Source of the DNA: an uncultured Holophagales bacterium
GTDB taxonomy: Bacteria > Acidobacteriota > Thermoanaerobaculia > Multivoradales > UBA5704
Length of the DNA stretch: 64,000 bases
Direction of reading: 5' to 3'
NCBI GenBank assembly: GCA_963842525.1
Contig: CAWJGT010000009.1
Coordinates: 1,824,001 to 1,888,000, forward strand
The stretch's first letter is position 1, and each line of letters opens with the position of its first letter. Shown one piece after another: positions 57,240 to 64,000 of the stretch. The notes below the pieces were generated by a model. The model was not told the origin of the DNA. It searched no databases and saw nothing but the letters and a program-made list of their open reading frames with translations. The position numbers and the translations under genes are program-made.

Positions 57240-60200
57240 CCGATCCCCCCTGCTTGCCGCGCAGATCGGAGAGGAACTGCATGAGTGCCGCGATGCCGCC
57301 GCCGAGGACACCGACCATGGCGATGGCGTTGTCGAACATCTCCCGCTGCGTCAGGAAGAGGAACCCCAACAGGAGGACGACGGCGACGGCCAGCGGCGTC
57401 TTGAGGCGCTGCCAGGGGCTCTGCAGGTCCAGGTCGCGCAACGCCTCCTCGCCTTCGCGCGCGGTCTGCTCGCGGATGAAGATCGCGTGGCTGCGGCTGA
57501 CGATCCGCAGCTTCGGGTCCTGGGTGACGAAGCCGTAGTCGGCGAGGCGCTTCAGACGGCGGCCGGCCTTGGCGGTGATCCACTTGCCGCGCACCAGGGC
57601 CGAGAGCAGGATCTTCTCCTCCTGGCTCCAGTCCTTCCCTTTTTCGCCGGGCCGGTCGAGCGAGGCCCACTTCAGCTCGAAGACCGGCCGCATCAGCTCG
57701 CCCAGGAGGTCGAGGACGCGGCGCTGATCGGCCCCGCTGTGGACGAGCCACCGCTCGAGGATCTCGATGTCGGCCACCAGGGTCGCGTCCTTGCGCAGCC
57801 GGTGGTCGAGCTCGTCACGTGTGCGCACGAGCCGGATCTGGTCGCCCTGGCGGAAAGCGAGCGGCGCCGGGAGAGCCTCCTCCGCCATCGCGCCCGGATC
57901 GGGCATCAGGTACCGGTTGGGCAGGCGGTCGCAGAGCAGCACCAGACGCATGCTGCGCGCCGCCCGGAGCAGCGCCGTCCGCGCCTCGTCCGCTCCGGCG
58001 TCGTCGAAGTGGTCGACAACCACGACGCGGTCTTCGTCGGACAGGGAGATATGAGGAGAAGCCTCCATCTCCCGCAGGTCGAAGAGCCGCCAGCCGGAGC
58101 CCTCGGGCGGGATGTCGAGGATCGGGAGATCGGAACGGTCGATCGCCAGGTGGAGGAGGTCCTCGCTCGCGGCCGGCTCGGGCCCGCCCTCGCGGAGGCC
58201 CAGGAAGAACAGCATGTCGGTCGCGAAGCGGAGCACGGAGAAGAAGACGGCCCCGGCGGCGGCGATCGCCAGCGCGAAGAGCAGGGCCTGGCCGAGGCTC
58301 GACGGTGCCAGGCTGCCCAGCGGGACGCGGGTCAGGATGGCGAGCGGTGCCCGCTCGCCGGAGCCGCCCGGACCTTCAGCTCATAGCAGGCGCCGCCGGC
58401 CTCGCTCACCTTGCGGACACGCCAGAGCGGGCCCATCGGCGGCATGGTCCCGCGGCCCGGCTCCGGGAGGCTCGCGCTCGCCGTGCCGGCCTGCCCTTGC
58501 ATCCACGGCGCGGCGGCCCGCGCCTGGCAGCCGCCGGACTGGGTGGCCGCGATCGTCCGGGACGGCTCGCGGCAGAAGCAGGTGCGGGCCATGCCCGGCG
58601 CCAGCTCGTCCACTTCGTGGCAGACGCAGGTGTCGAAGAGGAGATGCCCGTACTCGTACCGCCGGTCGAAGGCGAGCCGCTCGTCCAGCCAGCGGGACAG
58701 GAGGCTCCGCCGGACCAGCGGGGGGACCGCCACGGCCGGCTCGTCCGGTCCCGCTGTCGATCCCACAGCCGATCCCACGGTCGATCCCGCGGTTGGGAGC
58801 CGGGGGTCGGGGTAGATCGAGCTCGTCCCCTCACAACGGTCCTCGACGGGTGGGCCGAACGCTGCCGCGGGCGCCGCGGTCTCCCGCACCGGGCCTCCCG
58901 GGACGGCCGTGCTTCCGGTGTCCGGCTGGAGAGCAAAGCGCTCGCCCAGGTCCCGGCCGAGGCGTTTCTCCTTTTCCGCAAGGCGGTTTGCGAGGACCGA
59001 CTGGGAGTTGCGCACGAGGACGTCCAACTGGCTGTCGAGCGCAAGATTGAAGAACGAGACCGTGGGCGGCACCGCGAGGAGGACCGCGCCGAGCGCAATG
59101 CAGACCAGGTGCCGCCGTCGCGGCCGCTCGAACCCCCACCGCCAGGCCGTCTCGTGCTCCGTGCGCCGGCGGGCCGCCCGGGGATCGAACCGGTCGATCT
59201 TCTCGCCGATCCATGCGTGGATTTCCGGGGCTGCCGCGGCGAGGATGGCGATCGCCACCACGACCAGCAACCCGGCGACCGCGTCGGTGGTGCTCTTCTC
59301 GCCCTGGAGCACCGCGAGGCCGCCGAGGAAGAGGATCACCAGCGAGATCACGATGCGCAGGCTCGTCCGCGACTCCTCCCGGCGGCCGAGCGCCTCGTGC
59401 AGGCCGGCGAGGAGCGCCACCGGGAACAGCGCGGCATAGAGCAGCCACTGGGACGGGCCGAGCCGCACCAGCACGTACAGGTAGACCAGGAGCAGCGCGA
59501 TCAGGAAGGCGATCAGCGCCGCGTAGGCCGGGAGCCGGCCGGTGCGCGGCCAGAGCCAGTCGAAGCCTCCCGGCCCGCGGACCAGCGAATAGGCGAGGAA
59601 CAGCAGCCCGACCAGGAAGCCGTAGACCGCCGTGAACGCGAGCGCCACCGAGGAGACCCGCAGAGAGAAGCTGGACAGGACTTCGGAATCGGCGAGGAGG
59701 ATCAGCGACCAGGGGCGGTTCGCCACCGAGAGCGGACGCGTATAGATCCGCCGGTCCTTGCCCTGGTAGACGATGGTGTCGAAGGCGGGCTTCTGCGCTG
59801 TCACCAGGGCGGCCAGCCGGGAGGGATCGGCCGTCTCCTGGAGGAAGTTTTCGCGCAGGTTGCGCCGCTTGTCCGCGTGGAGGATCACCTCGCCGACCTC
59901 GACCCGCCGCAGGTCTTCGCGGCGGCCCTGGACCTCCGGGCTGTTCTGGACCACCGCGTACTCGAAGCCGGGCGGCAGGACCGTATCGATGAGCGACACG
60001 AGCGGAACGGCCATGGCCACGACCGGGACCTCGGGATCGAAGGGGCGGTCGAGGGCGATCACCAGCTCGGGCTCGCCGGTCGTCCAGGAGTTGATCGATT
60101 CGATGAAAGCGGTCCGGCGGGCGCCGGAGGCCGGGCGGGCCGGGCGAACGTCGCGGGCGAGGGAGCTGAAGTACTCGCGGTCCTGCACGTTGATGAGGAT

Positions 60201-61475
60201 CTTTGCCGTGCCGAAGTTGATCTTGTGCGCCTGGCAGCCGTTGCGCCGGATCCACGAGACGTCGAGGAACGGCAGCCGGCCGAGCTGGTCGTCGACGGCC
60301 ATCCCCTGGGTGAAGGCCCGGTCCACCTGCACGAGGAGCTCTTCGTAGGCCCGCACCTCGGCGGCGAGGTTACGGTCGATCTCGCCGGCGATCTCCTCGA
60401 GCGACCCGTCCCACATGCGGTCGAAGCTCTGGAAGCGCCAGCGGCCCCAGAGGCCCAGGGTCAGCAGGGCCGGAATGAGGAACATCGAGGTCGCGAGCCA
60501 GACCAGGTCGGGCCGCGAGAGGTGCTCCCATCCCTGCATGGACTTGAGCTTGAGCAGCGGCCAGGCGAGGAGGAGGACGGTCAGGAGGGCCATGAAGCCG
60601 AGGAGCGGCTGGCGCGGCAGGGCGAGGCTCTCGTCGCGGAAGCGGTCGGAGCGCACCAGCCCGCAGACCAGCCAGGGGCCGGTCCCTTCCTCCTCTTTGG
60701 CCCGCGCCACGGGGACCCGCAGCGGCGTGATGAAGATGTCGTAGAGGGTGCCGGAGAGGTCCACCTCGTGGATCCGGGTCGTCGCCTGCCGGCCGCGCAG
60801 CCAGCCCTCGTTCCCGCCTTCCTTCGGGCCACTGGCCTCGCCGCCCAGGCCGTCGAGGCCGGCCAGGCGGATCTCGCGGTTCTCCTTCTCGAACAGGACC
60901 TTGCCGCTGGCGTCCGCGACCACGATGTGATCGAAGACGTCGCGCGCCAGGAGCGGATTGAGCAGCGGCTCAAGAGCAAGCTTGCGCGGGTTCTTCGGAT
61001 GCGCCGTCTCCAGATAGGCGCCCTCGGGATAGGCCTCGAAACCGAGCACCGGCTTCAGGGGCTCGCCGGGGGCTTGTGAGGGTGCTGGCGGCGCGCCGCT
61101 GCGGCTGGCCAGGCGGACGCGGTGCGTCTGCATCTCGTCCGAGGAGTCGTCGCGGTACGAGATGCTCAGCTCCGCCTGCTGCCGGACCTCCTCCTCGACC
61201 GTCTCGCCCAGGGCCCCGTAGCGCAGGCCCTCGCTCTGCACCTCGACGATCGATTCGATCTGCTTGCTGAGGCCGGCGAGGATGCGGAAGTTGCGTGCCG
61301 TGAAGTAGGCATCCCGGGAGTGCACCCAGGCCACCAGGTAGGCCGCGAAGACGCCGGCCCCCACGGCCAGGAGCGCCAGGATCCTCAGCAGCGCCGGCGT
61401 GAAGACGGCCTTGCGCCAGCGGCGGGCGCTCGGAGCCGCCCCGGATTCGCCCGGGCTCGTTGTCGGGTCGGACAT
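57232..61475 (-). CDS. Giant Cache-domain multi-TM protein (paralog B); frameshift near 58375
   Basis: YFTARNFRILA, INVQDREYF, VLPPGFEYAVV..ILHAD..ENF; C-terminal WSQEEKILL and FLFLTQREMF, parallel to paralog A. Confidence 0.8.
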
Positions 61476-61685
61476 CGACCGCCTCAACCTCTCCGAAAAA
61501 ACTCCAGCCGCACAAACAGGGGCATCAGATTTAAAAGCAGGCCTGAATAGTACCACACGCCAGCAGAACCTCACCCCTGGTCCATGCTGTTGCACACATC
61601 TCGCGTCCTGCTGCAACAGATTCCGGATCTCCAGGTGCCAGTGGGAGTGCACCCGGTAGGTTCGTGGTAACGGACTGGGGCGTCT

Positions 61686-64000
61686 CTACTGCGCCCTGCC
61701 GTTTGGATGTTGCAGAATGATCCCCTCCAACCACCGCACCTCCCGCGCCCGCCGTCCATACCCGGTCTCCTTCACCAGCTCCCGCGCCCGCGCCACATGC
61801 CGCCGCGCCGCGGCGAGATCCCCCTGGTCCCGGCATAGGCGCGCCCACTCCAGGTGAGCGTCGCACTCGTGAAGACGCATCGGCCCGCGCTCGGCGATCT
61901 CCAGGGCCTCGGTGAGGTCCGCGGCGGCACCGGCGAAGTCGGAACGGAAGCGCCGGAGGGCGGCGCGGGCCAGGAGGCCGCGGGGCAGGGCGTCCTCCTG
62001 GCCGGCCCGCCGGAGGCCGTCCACTGCCCGGTCCAATTGCTCGGCGGCTTGGGCGAACCCGGCGGCGCGGTTCTCTCCAGGGGCAGCCGGCTGAGGGGCC
62101 GTCAGGGCCAGGCCGAGGTGGGCGCGGCCCAGGGTGAGGTGGTCGAGGGCGATGTCGAGGAGCCAGTGATTCCTTTCTGCAACCCGCAGGGCTTCGTTCC
62201 CCCGCTCCAGCACCTCACGGCAGGCCTGCCGGAACCGCTCCGCCTCCTCCGGTCGGGAGCCCAGCCCGGCGAGCCCGTCCAGCCCGGACCCGGCCTCCGG
62301 CTCCGCCCGGCCCAGCAGCAGATCGCAGTACCGAAAACCCGGGAGCGAGTAGAGCCGGGGGTACTCCGGCTGCCACTCCGCCTGCATCGCCTCGGCCTCG
62401 CGGAAGGCCGCCGCGCTCTCCTCCCACCGGCCCGCCTGGTGCAGGGCGTCGGCCCACCTCGTCCGGCTGGCCATCCGCTAGAAGGCATCGCCGCTGCGGT
62501 CGGCCAGCTCGACGCTCTGCTCGCCGAACGCCACGGCGCGCGGCACATCCCCCAGGGTCAGGGTCAGCTCGCTGAGGTTGCTGGCGTCGGCCGCGGCGTT
62601 CTTCCAATCCTCCCTGCGGCGAGTGCGCCTCCAGCCCCGCCTGCATCGGCTCGACCGCCTCCGCCAGGCGGCCCAGGGCGCGCAGGTCGAAGGCGGCCTG
62701 GCTCAGGACGAACGCCTGATCCGCCGCGGTGAGGCGGGCGGAGGGCTGGGACCAGGGGCGATCGAAGAAGCCCGCCAGCGCCGTCAGCTCCGAGCCGAAG
62801 GCCCCGAGCTTCCTCGGGCTGTAGAACTCGTTCCCCCGCTGGATCCGCCGCCAGTAGACCTCGTCCATCGCCTCCTGCTGCCGCCCTGCCTGGCAGCCGT
62901 GGACGACGGCGGCGTAGAGAGGCTGCATCGCTTCCAGGGTGTCGGGGAGGTCCGGCGCTGCCTGGCGCAGGTGCTCGTAGAGGCGCCGGTTGCCTTCCTG
63001 CCAGGCGTCGGGGCGGTGGCTCTCGAGCTCTTCCGCGAAGCAGGCGCGCACCAGGGGATGGGCGTCGAGGGTCTCCGGCTCCTGCGGATCGGCCGCCGCC
63101 AGCAGGCTGTGGTCCCGCAGGGTGGTGACGGCGAGCCGCCAGTCCTCGTCCGAGAGGTCCACCAGGGGCTCCGTGAGACCCGGGATCGGCGGCGCGGCGC
63201 GCAGGGCCTTCAGGGCGCCGGCCTCCGCCGGCCGGTCGAAGAGGCCGAGGAGGCGGAGGATCGCCAGCTCCGGACCCTCTCCCAGCCAGCGGGCGTAGGC
63301 GGCGATCACGCGGAACGCGTGGCCGCCCTGTGTCTCGTTGGCGCGGTGGAGGTCGATCTCGCGCCGCTTGCGGACATCGCCGCCATGGGCCCGGCGCAGG
63401 AAGTTGCCGAGGAGGGTCAGGGTGAGGGCGTGCCGTTGGAAGTCCTCGGCCGCGGCGCGCAGCTCGCTCTCCCGGCCGGCCACTCCGAGCTGGCGGAGCA
63501 AGGCCACAGCCGCATCCAGCTCCAGATCCTCCAGAGCGATCTGCGGCGCCGTGCTCGGAGAGCCGGCGAGGTCGGCGATCCGTTCCCGGGTGGTGACCAC
63601 GCAGAGGCCCGGGTTGCCCGCGGCCAGGCCCTTGAGCAGGGCGGCGAGGCCGGGGTCCTTGAGGCGGCCTTCGATCTCCGGCCGGCCCGGCGGGTATTGC
63701 AGGGGCTCGATGCCGTCGAGGACGAGCAGGGAGCGCTCCTTCCTTATTAGATAGGCGAGACGGGCGCCGCGGTCGTGCAGGGAGCCGGCCTTGGGGTCGG
63801 GATCGCCGAAGAAGCGGAGGGCGTAGTCGATGAACGGCTCGGCGGAGGTGACTCGGTCTTTGCTGCCCTGGCTGTAGAACGACCAGTCGAGCACCCGCGC
63901 GGCACCGCGCCAGCCGTCGGCCGCCATGCGGTCCATCCAGCGGGCGACCAGCGCGGACTTGCCGACGCCTCCGAAGGCCACCAGGGTGAGGACATGGATG
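61686..64000 (-). CDS. STAND/NACHT-like NTPase with TPR C-terminus (5' end outside the window; frameshift near 62620 and in-frame TAG at 62478-62480)
   Basis: LVAFGGVGKSALV Walker A, LLVLDGIEPLQ Walker B, VVTTR, HALTLTLLG, DAHPLVR; TPR helices NLSELTLTLG, ADALHQAGR. Confidence 0.8.

Noticed and set aside
58755-58795. 12-bp tandem repeat (GATCCCACxGxC x3)
   Set aside because: Encodes a low-complexity GS(T/A)(V/A) linker within the Cache protein; nothing suggests phase variation
57819-61079. Long antisense ORFs (also 401-1852, 4970-6322, 55632-57284, 43831-45546 and others)
   Set aside because: Shadow frames of real high-GC genes on the opposite strand, with no motifs of their own
62478-62480. 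In-frame TAG in the STAND-TPR gene as pyrrolysine or readthrough
   Set aside because: It lies in a TPR helix (DAF*RM), not a catalytic site, and no pyl genes are seen; more likely a base error or nonsense mutation
7985-62630. Frameshifts near 7990, 10938, 17646, 36063, 40605, 48655, 54285, 58375 and 62620 as programmed frameshifting or mass pseudogenisation
   Set aside because: They are single-base, scattered across unrelated genes, lack slippery-site signatures and leave both halves intact; sequencing or assembly indels are the simplest explanation

Overview
High-GC bacterial chromosomal window, probably Acidobacteriota (Thermoanaerobaculia-like). That assignment is inferred from protein families and repeat types, not from a marker gene. 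About nine otherwise intact genes carry 1-bp frameshifts, which suggests an unpolished long-read assembly. Recognisable content: a mevalonate/isoprenoid operon (polyprenyl synthase, fni, class I HMG-CoA reductase, mvk), a GH1/GH43 pair, a truncated IS110-family element, an ECF sigma/FecR/TonB-receptor triad, an orphan fkbK-J-I-H hydroxymalonyl-ACP cassette, a decayed TIR-STAND-MBL gene, a TipA-like MerR regulator with its operator, queE, two giant Cache-domain membrane proteins, a STAND-TPR gene and many REP-like palindromes. No rRNA, tRNA or CRISPR array was seen. Best leads: (1) two duplicated HTH-TPR regulators flanking a secreted peptide with a repeated GCTLDPxGxC core, an RRNPP-like arrangement in a diderm; (2) an IS110 downstream non-coding end whose predicted guide loops match its own insertion site in a host palindrome and its own terminus; (3) a MerB-like gene with an in-frame UGA and SECIS-like hairpin; (4) a 4.5-kb Cache-protein cassette bounded by a duplicated gene 3' end; (5) an inverted array of 21-bp-phased motifs; (6) a QueE with a CX3CX8C motif.
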